From Candidatus Saccharimonadota bacterium (GTDB lineage Bacteria > Patescibacteriota > Saccharimonadia > Saccharimonadales > UBA4665), in assembly GCA_016699955.1 (NCBI GenBank), contig CP064993.1, positions 660,001 to 692,000 of the forward strand: a DNA stretch of 32,000 nt, in the 5' to 3' direction. Positions 6,725-14,107 of this stretch are shown piece after piece. How positions within the stretch are numbered: position 1 is the stretch's first letter; each line of letters opens with the position of its first letter. A model generated the notes under the pieces. It saw only the letters and a program-made list of their open reading frames with translations. It had not been told where the DNA came from and did no database searches. The translations under genes were made by a program, and so were the position numbers.

Positions 6725-8425
6725 ATGAAAGTATCACAGCTCGTTACGAGAACAAGTAAAACCGCTCCAGCCGAGGAAGTAGCAAAAAACGCACAGCTTC
6801 TTATACGCGCAGGCTACGTCTACAAAAACATGGCAGGGGTGTATTCATACACGCCGATCGGCCTGCGTGTACTTGAGCGCATAAAACACGTTGTGCGGGA
6901 AGAAATGGATGGTATAGGTGGTCAAGAGCTCATTATGAGTAGCTTGCAGCCGAAAGAAACCTGGGAAAAAACTGGGCGTTGGGACGAAAAGGTCGTCGAC
7001 ATCTGGTTTAAATCGCATTTGCAAGACGGCACAGAGGTGGGGTTTGGCTGGAGCCACGAAGAGCCCATTATTGAGATGCTTAAAACGTTCATTAGTAGCT
7101 ACAAAGACCTGCCCGTATATGTCCATCAGTTTCAGACAAAGCTGAGGAACGAAGTGCGGGCAAAAAGCGGCATAATGCGCGGCCGTGAGTTCGTCATGAA
7201 TGATATGTATAGTATGTGTGTTGATGAGCCTCAGCACGAGGCCTTCTACCAGGCGGCGATGGACGCTTACATGCGTGTGTTTGCGCGCATTGGGCTGGGT
7301 GATGACACCTACATCACTTACGCCAGTGGTGGAGCATTCACTACATTTAGCCACGAGTTCCAAACCATTTGCGATGCTGGTGAAGATTATATATTCTTGG
7401 TGCCTAGCACGAAGCAAGCTTTCAATGCTGAAATTGCCCCGGTAAAATCTGCTCCTGTCGAACAAGCAAGTGACATGAAAAAGATTGAAGTTTTTGACGA
7501 GCCAGAAACCATCGGTGTTGAAGCCCTTGTTGCTAAGCTCGGCATCCCGATTACGTCGAGTACAAAAACAATGTTGTATGATACCGATAAAGGTTTGATT
7601 GCTGCTGTCGTACGCAGCGACTACAAACTGAACGAAGATAAGCTGAAGGCTGTAGCAGATGCGGATTGGTTGCAACTGGCCACCGCCGAGCAGGTGCGTA
7701 AAGTCACTGGTGCGGAACTGGGCTTCGCGGGTCTTTATCGTCTGCCAGAAACGGTTCACTGCTTTGTCGATGAATCTTGCGAGCATCTGGTAAATTTTGA
7801 AACTGGCGCCAATGAGACAGGCAAGCATGCTTACAACGTCAACTGGGAACAAGACGTAGCCCACCCGACCGAGTTCTACGATATCAAGCTTGCCAAGCAG
7901 GGTGATTTATATCCGGAAACGGGTGAGGCTTATGAAGTTTACAAAACCGCCGAAGTGGGGAATATTTTTAACTTTGGTACCAAAAAGAGCGAGGACATGG
8001 ACTTTGCCTTTACTAACGAGGTTGGAGTGCGGCAGTTTGTTCACCTGGGTTCTTACGGCATTGGGATTACCCGTCTCATGGGAGTTATTGCCGAAAAGTT
8101 TTCTGACGAAAAGGGGCTTAATTGGCCAGCCGTAGTTGCGCCGTACCAACTATATGTCATCCAGATTGGCCAAGAAACCGAAGTCGTAGAAAATGCTGAA
8201 AAATTGTGCGAAATCGCACAGTCATGGGGGGTCACTGTGTTGTATGATGACACCGATAAACGTCCGGGCGAAAAGTTTGCCGATGCCGATTTGCTAGGTA
8301 TCCCCCATCGCGTTGTCGTCAGTTCTAAAACAATCAAGGCAGGAAATTATGAGTATAAAGCGCGTACGTCCGGTGATGCCCAAATGGTATCAATCGACAA
8401 ACTTAGAAATATGTTGACCGTGTAG
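6725..8425 (+). CDS. proS: Proline--tRNA ligase (bacterial type, 566 aa)
   Basis: The N-terminus MKVSQLVTRTSKTAPAEEVAKNAQLLIRAGYV... is typical, class II motifs are present (e.g. RGREFVMNDMYS) and there is a C-terminal anticodon-binding region. Confidence 0.95.
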   Translation: MKVSQLVTRTSKTAPAEEVAKNAQLLIRAGYVYKNMAGVYSYTPIGLRVLERIKHVVREEMDGIGGQELIMSSLQPKETWEKTGRWDEKVVDIWFKSHLQDGTEVGFGWSHEEPIIEMLKTFISSYKDLPVYVHQFQTKLRNEVRAKSGIMRGREFVMNDMYSMCVDEPQHEAFYQAAMDAYMRVFARIGLGDDTYITYASGGAFTTFSHEFQTICDAGEDYIFLVPSTKQAFNAEIAPVKSAPVEQASDMKKIEVFDEPETIGVEALVAKLGIPITSSTKTMLYDTDKGLIAAVVRSDYKLNEDKLKAVADADWLQLATAEQVRKVTGAELGFAGLYRLPETVHCFVDESCEHLVNFETGANETGKHAYNVNWEQDVAHPTEFYDIKLAKQGDLYPETGEAYEVYKTAEVGNIFNFGTKKSEDMDFAFTNEVGVRQFVHLGSYGIGITRLMGVIAEKFSDEKGLNWPAVVAPYQLYVIQIGQETEVVENAEKLCEIAQSWGVTVLYDDTDKRPGEKFADADLLGIPHRVVVSSKTIKAGNYEYKARTSGDAQMVSIDKLRNMLTV

Positions 8426-8499
8426 ACGAAACCCAGTAGTATAGCAAGACGAAACGACCGAAATCGGTTAAGCTAGAAAAACGCAAAGGAGATAAAGAT

Positions 8500-8958
8500 A
8501 TGAAGAAATTGTTTCACTTGACCCAATCAGGGATAGACGAATTAGAGGCGGAAAAGGCAGAGCTGCTCGTAAAAAGGGCCGAAACGGCAGAAGCTATAAA
8601 AACTGCTCGTGAGCTAGGAGATCTTAGTGAAAATGCAGAGTACCAGTCTGCGCGCGCCGCGCAGGAGCGCAATGACGGTCGTCTTGAGGAGATTGAGCAT
8701 ATTCTGGCGAATGTCGAGGTAATAAAGGCAAAAAAGAGCAGGTCAGTCACACTAGGTTCTACGGTGACGCTTAAACATCCTAAGGGCAATGAAGTTACGG
8801 TGCAGATTGTGGGTACGATAGAAGCTGACCCGGCAAATGACAAAATTTCCGACGAATCACCCATTGGCAAAGCGCTGCTTGGCAAAAAAGAAGGTGACAG
8901 TGTCGACATAAATAAGCCCGCCGAAATCATCACCTACACCGTCCTCAGCGTTCGATAA
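8500..8958 (+). CDS. greA: Transcription elongation factor GreA
   Basis: 152 aa with the GDLSENAEYQSARAAQ coiled-coil tip motif and a C-terminal ISDESPIGKALLGKKEGD. An AAGGAG ribosome-binding site is present. Confidence 0.93.
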   Translation: MKKLFHLTQSGIDELEAEKAELLVKRAETAEAIKTARELGDLSENAEYQSARAAQERNDGRLEEIEHILANVEVIKAKKSRSVTLGSTVTLKHPKGNEVTVQIVGTIEADPANDKISDESPIGKALLGKKEGDSVDINKPAEIITYTVLSVR

Positions 8959-9084
8959 AACACAACGCGTATCGCACCAGCCTGCCTGCTGGCCCCTAAC
9001 GAGCTAAAAAAAGCGAAATGCAGGAAACATTTACTTTTTCTACCGCAGGGGGGACAATGGGGATATAAGCAGGAGGGTAATGAA

Positions 9085-9876
9085 GTGGAACCAACAGATA
9101 CGAATAATGCAAATGAAGTAAAATCTTCAAGTACAAAGGCACTGACGTTGCGGGTAAACCCATGGTGGCTAAACGCCGTTCTACTGGCTGGGTTAGTGGC
9201 AACGCTCCTAATGTGGCATCCCTGGACGGGTACACCTCGTTCATCGAGCGATGTAGTAACGGTTAGTGGCACAGCAACTATTACCGCCGAGCCAGATGAG
9301 TACGTCTTTTACCCAAGCTATGAGTTCAAAAATTCTGACAAAGCTGTTGGACTGGCGGAGCTGACCGCCAAGAGTGAAGAAGTTGTGGCAGGACTCAAAA
9401 AAGCAGGCGTGGCCGATAAAGACATTAAGACGAACGCCAGTGGCTACCGAAATTATTACTATTACAATGAGGAGTCGCGTGCCCATACCTACGCGTTGCA
9501 AGTAACCGCCACGACTCGTACCAGGGAAACAGCACAAAAGGTACAGGATTACCTACTTACCACAGACCCGAGTGGGGCAGTGACTCCGCAGGCAACGTTC
9601 AGTAAGGCAAAACAAAAAGAGCTTGAGGCAAAAGGTCGCGACCAGGCGACTAAAGAAGCGCGTACTAAAGCTGACCAGCAAGCCAAAAACCTCGGTTTCA
9701 AAGTGGGCAAGGTGAAAAGTGTCCAAGATAGCAACAACGACTACGGTTACCCTATGCCGCTCGCTGAAACTATGGATTCAGCAAAAACTGTGGCTCCAAG
9801 TTCGCAAAGTCTCGCTGTTCAGCCCGGCGAAAACAACCTAACCTACACCGTTCAGGTCACGTACTACATCCGCTAG
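9085..9876 (+). CDS. SIMPL (DUF541) domain-containing membrane-anchored protein
   Basis: A GTG start lies 8 nt after AGGAGG. The protein has an N-terminal transmembrane segment (WWLNAVLLAGLVATLLMW). The blocks VTVSGTATITAEPDEYVF...LAVQPGENNLTYTVQVTYYI match the SIMPL/DUF541 pattern as I recall it. Confidence 0.7.
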   Translation: MEPTDTNNANEVKSSSTKALTLRVNPWWLNAVLLAGLVATLLMWHPWTGTPRSSSDVVTVSGTATITAEPDEYVFYPSYEFKNSDKAVGLAELTAKSEEVVAGLKKAGVADKDIKTNASGYRNYYYYNEESRAHTYALQVTATTRTRETAQKVQDYLLTTDPSGAVTPQATFSKAKQKELEAKGRDQATKEARTKADQQAKNLGFKVGKVKSVQDSNNDYGYPMPLAETMDSAKTVAPSSQSLAVQPGENNLTYTVQVTYYIR

Positions 9877-9923
9877 GTTATTCATGCGCCATACTTTAGC
9901 GTCTTCATGGGCGTCCCCTTACG

Positions 9924-9943
9924 ACTCGGCGCTTACGCTGAGT
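9924..9943 (+). terminator. 8-bp hairpin with tetraloop downstream of the SIMPL gene
   Basis: In actcggcg ctta cgctgagt, 7 Watson-Crick pairs and one G-U pair form. No U-tract follows, so terminator function is uncertain. Confidence 0.3.
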
Positions 9944-10008
9944 GCCGGTTAACTAAATGCTGAGTCTGCACTATAGCTTAAGCAGTTTCATCTGGAACGA
10001 ATCTTCGT

Positions 10009-10014
10009 TACAAT
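10009..10014 (+). promoter_or_regulatory. Candidate -10 box (TACAAT) 7 nt upstream of the lysyl-tRNA synthetase ATG (leaderless geometry)
   Basis: The sequence is cgtTACAATagaactcATG. No Shine-Dalgarno is present. Confidence 0.4.
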
Positions 10015-10021
10015 AGAACTC

Positions 10022-11554
10022 ATGCAGTGGTTGAATACAATTGTTGATCAGCTTGTGTCTCGGCAGGCCGAAGGAGAGATACTGATTGAATCTGGTGGGT
10101 CCCCGAGCGGGACGTATCACCTGGGGCACCTTAGAGAGGTCATTATTTGCGATGCTATTATGCTGGAGCTGCGTCGGCGTGGTCGAGAGGCGAAGCATGT
10201 TTATTTTGTCGATGATTTAGATGCTTTGCGGAAGATTCCCGTTAACATACCGGCTGACTTTGAAAAGTACCTAGGCATGCCGTTGTGTGATATACCCGCG
10301 CCCGAAGGCGTTGCAACTTCCTACGCTGAACATTTCATGCAGGGCATGCGCGATGCGTGCAGTATTTTGGGCATAGAGGTTGAGTTCATTCTGTCGCATC
10401 AGCGTTACCGCAGTGGCTACTTTGTGCCTGCTATAGAACGCTCGCTCAGCCGTATCCCAGAGGCTCGCCGCGCACTGGAAACCGTATCTGGTCGTGAGCT
10501 CGACGAACACTGGTCACCTATTCAGATAATGGAAAAAGGTAGGTTAAAAAACCGCCGTTTTGTCGGCCTCAAAATAGCCGATAAAACCATCACATATTTA
10601 GACACCGATGGGGTGGAACAGACAGTTCGTTATGACGATGGAAAAGTGAAACTCGATTGGCGACTGGATTGGCCTGGTCGATGGTGGCTTATGCGTGTGG
10701 CGGCTGAGCCTTTTGGTCGTGACCACGCGAGCGCTGGTGGCTCATTTGCGACCGGTGTTGAAATTATGAAGGATGTATATGAAGCGCCCGAACCATATCC
10801 TGTCCCGTATGACTTTATTAACATGGCCGGAGATACGAAGAAAATGAGTGCCAGCAAGGGTACTGGGCTCGATGCCATGGAGGGGGCTGCACTTATGCCA
10901 TCAGAGGTGATTCGCTATTTTGTTTTGGGTGTGCCACCGAGCAAACGGCTTTATTTTGACCCGGTAGGTGGCGTTGTAAAGCTCATGGATGAATATGCGG
11001 CGTTTGCGGCGAAGCCAGATAAATCACCAGACGAAGAACAACTGCTTTACATTTGTACACGCGGAGGGGAAGCCCGTACAGTCAGCCGAGTGCCGTTCAG
11101 CCACCTAGTGGCAAGCTACCAAGCTAGTTTGCGCGATCCTGCTCGGACGCTTGAGGTAGTAAAGCGGACGGAACATTCGCAGGCAGCAGTGGAAGACGCC
11201 GAAATTATCACCCGCGAACTGCAGTTTATAGATGCTTGGCTTGATAAGCGCGCACCCGACGAAGTGAAATTTAGCTTGCGAGGACAGATACAAAAGGAAG
11301 AATTTAGCGAAAATGAAGTAAAACTCTTTGCCCGCCTTGCCGAAAAAACAGCGGCAGCTCCAGAGGATGCAGATGGGGAGTATTTTCACCTTGCGCTTTA
11401 CAGCTTCAAAGACGAACTTGGCATGCAGCCCAAAGAAATATTCTCTGCGCTCTACCGCTTACTCCTTGGCAAAACCAGCGGTCCCCGCGCCGGCTATTTC
11501 CTAAGTATCCTGCCTAGGGACTGGCTGCTCGCTCGTCTGAGACTCGAAAAGTAA
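10022..11554 (+). CDS. lysK: Lysine--tRNA ligase, class I (archaeal-type LysRS)
   Basis: The Rossmann-fold HIGH motif appears as SGTYHLGHLREV and the KMSKS motif as KKMSASKG. The C-terminal FSALYRLLLGKTSGPRAGYFLSILPRDWLLARLRL resembles the C-terminus of archaeal class-I LysRS as I recall it. Confidence 0.9.
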   Translation: MQWLNTIVDQLVSRQAEGEILIESGGSPSGTYHLGHLREVIICDAIMLELRRRGREAKHVYFVDDLDALRKIPVNIPADFEKYLGMPLCDIPAPEGVATSYAEHFMQGMRDACSILGIEVEFILSHQRYRSGYFVPAIERSLSRIPEARRALETVSGRELDEHWSPIQIMEKGRLKNRRFVGLKIADKTITYLDTDGVEQTVRYDDGKVKLDWRLDWPGRWWLMRVAAEPFGRDHASAGGSFATGVEIMKDVYEAPEPYPVPYDFINMAGDTKKMSASKGTGLDAMEGAALMPSEVIRYFVLGVPPSKRLYFDPVGGVVKLMDEYAAFAAKPDKSPDEEQLLYICTRGGEARTVSRVPFSHLVASYQASLRDPARTLEVVKRTEHSQAAVEDAEIITRELQFIDAWLDKRAPDEVKFSLRGQIQKEEFSENEVKLFARLAEKTAAAPEDADGEYFHLALYSFKDELGMQPKEIFSALYRLLLGKTSGPRAGYFLSILPRDWLLARLRLEK

Positions 11555-11579
11555 ATTGTTTGAAAAAAGTTAAAGTGTC

Positions 11580-11588
11580 TGGTATAAT
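11580..11588 (+). promoter_or_regulatory. Extended -10 promoter (TGGTATAAT) for the antitoxin-toxin operon
   Basis: This is a perfect TGnTATAAT, with the ATG at 11596 exactly 7 nt downstream (gatttac) and no Shine-Dalgarno. That is the geometry of a leaderless mRNA. Confidence 0.55.
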
Positions 11589-11595
11589 GATTTAC

Positions 11596-11844
11596 ATGAC
11601 ATATTCAGCTACAATTTCCTCGCAGGGGCAGCTAACTATACCTGCAAAGGTACGGCGGGAACTAGGCATTACTAAGCATGTCCGGCTCGATGTTCGGAAT
11701 GGTGAGCTTATTGTTCAGCGTGAGCTTAGTCTGGAAGACATCAAAAACATCTTAAAAGGACCATCTCGTCCGAGTAAACTTTCTGACCGGGAGCAGCTGC
11801 TATCAGAGGGTGCAACCGCAAAGTATATGGCGTCGAATCACTGA
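11596..11844 (+). CDS. vapB: AbrB/MazE/SpoVT-family antitoxin (VapB-like)
   Basis: MTYSATISSQGQLTIPAKVRRELGI... contains the SpoVT-AbrB looped-hinge-helix signature. The start is placed at the internal ATG 11596 because the promoter box lies inside the longer ORF (11560). The stop TGA shares its A with the toxin ATG (TGATG at 11842-11846). Confidence 0.8.
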   Translation: MTYSATISSQGQLTIPAKVRRELGITKHVRLDVRNGELIVQRELSLEDIKNILKGPSRPSKLSDREQLLSEGATAKYMASNH

Positions 11845-12230
11845 TGGTTGTCGATACAAATATCATTTTACGTTTTTTGCTTGACGATGATTCGGATGGA
11901 AAGGCAGAGCTAGTACTCCGCAAGCAACATGTCACTGTTACAGATATGGTTATTAGTGAAGTTTTGTATGTGCTCACTGGGAAACAGTATCGACACGAGA
12001 AAGTGCTCGCTGTTGAAGCGATTACAGCGCTACTACGTCTGCCAAATATTACCCATCAGTCGGATATCGGTGAAAACTACTTGCATCTGTACGCTGTCTC
12101 CGGGTTAGATGTGACAGATTGCTACCTCGTATGTTTTTGCGTGCAGACCAAAAAAACGCTAATGACTTTTGATAAAACAATGAAGCGAGTCTATGAACAG
12201 GAGCTCTCAAAATTGCATGGATGTTTCTGA
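11844..12230 (+). CDS. vapC: PIN-domain ribonuclease toxin (VapC-like)
   Basis: MVVDTNIILRFLL carries the first acidic residue, followed by SEV, LDVTDCY and TFDK acidic positions. The protein is 128 aa and is translationally coupled to the upstream antitoxin. Confidence 0.8.
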   Translation: MVVDTNIILRFLLDDDSDGKAELVLRKQHVTVTDMVISEVLYVLTGKQYRHEKVLAVEAITALLRLPNITHQSDIGENYLHLYAVSGLDVTDCYLVCFCVQTKKTLMTFDKTMKRVYEQELSKLHGCF

Positions 12231-12582
12231 CGAGCAGTTTCATGAGCTGATAGACAAGGCGTTTGAATCGCTACCGCGTGTCCACCGTGACCGTGTAAAG
12301 AATGTGGCGATTGTGACGGCCGACGAACCGACGCCTCTGCAAAGGCAGGAGCTAAAGTTACACTGTAATCAGACATTGCTTGGGCTGTACAGTGGTGTAC
12401 CATTGCCACAGCGACAGGGCAGGGAATCGATTGTTCCTGATGTCATAACGCTGTTTAAGCTGCCGCTGCTGGCCACAAGTGATGACGAATCAGCGCTTTA
12501 CGAAAACATTCGCCACACCCTCTGGCATGAGGTCGCTCACTATTATGGGCTTGACCACGAACAGATTCACAACCTTGAATAA
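12217..12582 (+). CDS. Small zincin-like metallopeptidase family protein (HExxH, DUF1025-like)
   Basis: MDVSDEQFHELIDKAFESLPRVHRDRVKNVAIVTADEP...LLGLYSGVPL...TLWHEVAHYYGLDHEQI contains an HEVAH zinc motif. The start could be ATG 12217 or ATG 12193. Either one overlaps the end of the PIN gene, by 14 or 38 nt. Confidence 0.7.
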   Translation: MDVSDEQFHELIDKAFESLPRVHRDRVKNVAIVTADEPTPLQRQELKLHCNQTLLGLYSGVPLPQRQGRESIVPDVITLFKLPLLATSDDESALYENIRHTLWHEVAHYYGLDHEQIHNLE

Positions 12583-12634
12583 CTTTCCGGAAAAATAGGG
12601 GAAGCATCCTAGACTTTGCTCGGAATGACGGGTT

Positions 12635-12653
12635 GACGGTGCCTAGCGCCGTC
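12635..12653 (+). terminator. Hairpin 1 downstream of the zincin gene
   Basis: gacggtg cctag cgccgtc forms a 7-bp stem including one G-U pair, followed by ttaag. Confidence 0.3.
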
Positions 12654-12657
12654 TTAA

Positions 12658-12693
12658 GACCTTGTATTGTAGGTTGGCTTACGATACGAGGTC
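12658..12693 (+). terminator. Hairpin 2: 16-bp stem with tetraloop
   Basis: In gaccttgtattgtagg ttgg cttacgatacgaggtc, positions 12658-12673 pair continuously with 12678-12693. That is 13 Watson-Crick pairs plus 3 G-U pairs. The G-U pairs would be A-C mismatches on the opposite strand, so the structure favours a plus-strand RNA. Confidence 0.4.
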
Positions 12694-12738
12694 TGGAGTT
12701 ATAAAGTTCCTGTACAGCTAATTTTTAGAAAAGTAATG

Positions 12739-12766
12739 TTCGATTTATTGCAAACAATAGTATAAT
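12739..12766 (+). promoter_or_regulatory. Candidate promoter (TTCGAT-N16-TATAAT) in an AT-rich region upstream of the orphan gene
   Basis: A perfect TATAAT lies at 12761-12766. The leader is about 45 nt and carries AAGGA 8 nt before the ATG at 12818. Confidence 0.4.
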
Positions 12767-12817
12767 TTCTTTGTTTTGATATATCTAAAGTTTATTTTAT
12801 TATAAAGGAATGAAACT

Positions 12818-13417
12818 ATGTTTGGAAGATTTAGAGGAAGACAGAATCCTGGTATATCCCCCCCCGAAAGTTTTGAAGTAAGAACACAGCGGCTCGTTGA
12901 CTCTGTAAACTTCATAACCTCCGGCAATAACGGCGGCCCCGATAAAATTGTGATTGGTGAAACAAAAAGACCCACAAAAGGCGAGATAACTCTAGTAGTG
13001 GATAGGGGATCTCCGAGGAATATGCACCACGTTTATGGTACTAGGGATGGGGGGTTACACATTGACAGTGAAATTTTTCCTGGGGGTCCAAGTTTTCTTC
13101 GGCGCCGTACTATCTTAGGGGGTGTCTGTGATGTGGAAGACACTCCTCTTTCCCAAGCTATGTTTTTTACTGTGCCTAGCATAAGCGTTGTTGGTGGGGC
13201 AGTAAGATCTTTTATGTCTCAAAACCCTGTTAACCTAGCCGAACTGCCACAGGCTTTGGGCTGCGAGCCCACTGAGGTGGAAAGAATCTTAGGGTCGCTT
13301 AGTCCTCCTGATATGCGGTCGATGAGGATTGTTGATAAAGTACTGCAAATCGCCGCACAAGTCCCTTGCCAGGTCGGAGAGGTGACATTAAAGTATATTA
13401 TGTCAGGAGAGGTTTAA
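12818..13417 (+). CDS. Hypothetical protein (199 aa), no domain recognised
   Basis: The ORF has a good ribosome-binding site. I see no transmembrane segment or signal peptide. Arg codon usage is atypical: by hand count, 11 of 16 Arg codons are AGA/AGG, against 1 of 13 in frr. The gene contains C8, G6 and G5 homopolymers. Confidence 0.6.
   Translation: MFGRFRGRQNPGISPPESFEVRTQRLVDSVNFITSGNNGGPDKIVIGETKRPTKGEITLVVDRGSPRNMHHVYGTRDGGLHIDSEIFPGGPSFLRRRTILGGVCDVEDTPLSQAMFFTVPSISVVGGAVRSFMSQNPVNLAELPQALGCEPTEVERILGSLSPPDMRSMRIVDKVLQIAAQVPCQVGEVTLKYIMSGEV
12858..12865 (+). repeat. Poly-C tract (C8) in codons 14-16 of the orphan gene
   Basis: The sequence ata tcc ccc ccc gaa gives eight consecutive C. 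Confidence 0.9.
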
Positions 13418-13464
13418 TTTCTTTAATCTCAGAAGTTAGTATTTGGTCACAGAACTAGTATGTG

Positions 13465-13470
13465 TATAGT
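13465..13470 (+). promoter_or_regulatory. Candidate -10 box (TATAGT) 7 nt upstream of the HAD hydrolase ATG
   Basis: The sequence is tgtgTATAGTacctgatATG. The box lies inside the longer ORF starting at 13460, which supports the start at 13478. Confidence 0.35.
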
Positions 13471-13477
13471 ACCTGAT

Positions 13478-14107
13478 ATGCCTGCGGTGATTTTTGATTT
13501 TGACGGAACGATTGTGGATAGCCTTGCCGGGGTTATTAAGGTATATGAGGGTGTGCGAGGAGGTAGCCTACTTACAGCAGAGCAGCGTCGGGTACTGCAG
13601 AACAAGAGTTTGTTGCAGATTGCACGGGAAATGAACATTCCAAAATGGAAGATTTTGTGGCTAGCCGTCTGGGGCAGGCGAATGTTTCAGCATCATATGC
13701 GCAGTGTGCAGGTACACCCGGGCATGACGGAGATAATCCAGAAGCTTCATGGTCAAAAGGTGCCACTCTATGTCCTGAGTGCCAACCGCACCGCAAACGT
13801 TAGAAAATACTTGAGTTGGCATAAACTAGACACATATTTCACAGGTATCTACGGAGGAGCGAGCTTTTTGAGTAAAGCTAGGGCCATGGATAAACTTGTC
13901 CGGCGAGAAGGTCTCAATGCTGCAGATGTGTGGTGTGTAGGTGACGAGCGGGTTGACGTACGGTCTGCGCATACTGCCGGTTTAAAGGTTATTGCGGTGA
14001 CGTGGGGGTACGCGAGTGCGCAAGGGTTGGCGGCAGTCAATCCGGATTATCTTGTGCATGATAGCACTGAGCTACAAAAGGTTTTACAAGCGTGCTTGAA
14101 GAAGTAA
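13478..14107 (+). CDS. HAD-superfamily hydrolase (phosphoglycolate phosphatase-like subfamily)
   Basis: MPAVIFDFDGTIVDS carries motif I (DxDGT). VLSANR is motif II and GDERVDVRSAHTAGL is motif IV. The alternative start at 13460 adds 6 residues. Confidence 0.8.
   Translation: MPAVIFDFDGTIVDSLAGVIKVYEGVRGGSLLTAEQRRVLQNKSLLQIAREMNIPKWKILWLAVWGRRMFQHHMRSVQVHPGMTEIIQKLHGQKVPLYVLSANRTANVRKYLSWHKLDTYFTGIYGGASFLSKARAMDKLVRREGLNAADVWCVGDERVDVRSAHTAGLKVIAVTWGYASAQGLAAVNPDYLVHDSTELQKVLQACLKK

Noticed and set aside
6845-7864. 339-aa ORF antisense to proS. Similar long antisense ORFs lie at 3364-3921 (frr/uppS), 29748-30257 (S41 peptidase) and 31424-31954 (pyrG), and there are many shorter ones.
   Set aside because: All lie fully inside well-supported housekeeping genes on the opposite strand. 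They have Cys/His/Phe/Arg-rich shadow-frame compositions and lack start-site signals.
11560-11595. Longer version of the antitoxin ORF starting at TTG 11560 (MKKVKVSGIMIY…).
   Set aside because: The perfect TGGTATAAT promoter box lies inside this extension, 7 nt before ATG 11596. The conserved AbrB-type fold begins right after that ATG.
11842-11844. Possible alternative genetic code (UGA recoding), as in some candidate phyla.
   Set aside because: TGA terminates the antitoxin and PIN ORFs at sensible lengths. Both RF1 and RF2 genes are present, and all housekeeping proteins translate at full length with the standard code.
12745-12975. 76-aa minus-strand ORF across the AT-rich region and the 5' end of the orphan gene.
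   Set aside because: It overlaps the promoter and ribosome-binding site of the plus-strand gene, has low-complexity AT-driven composition and lacks start signals.
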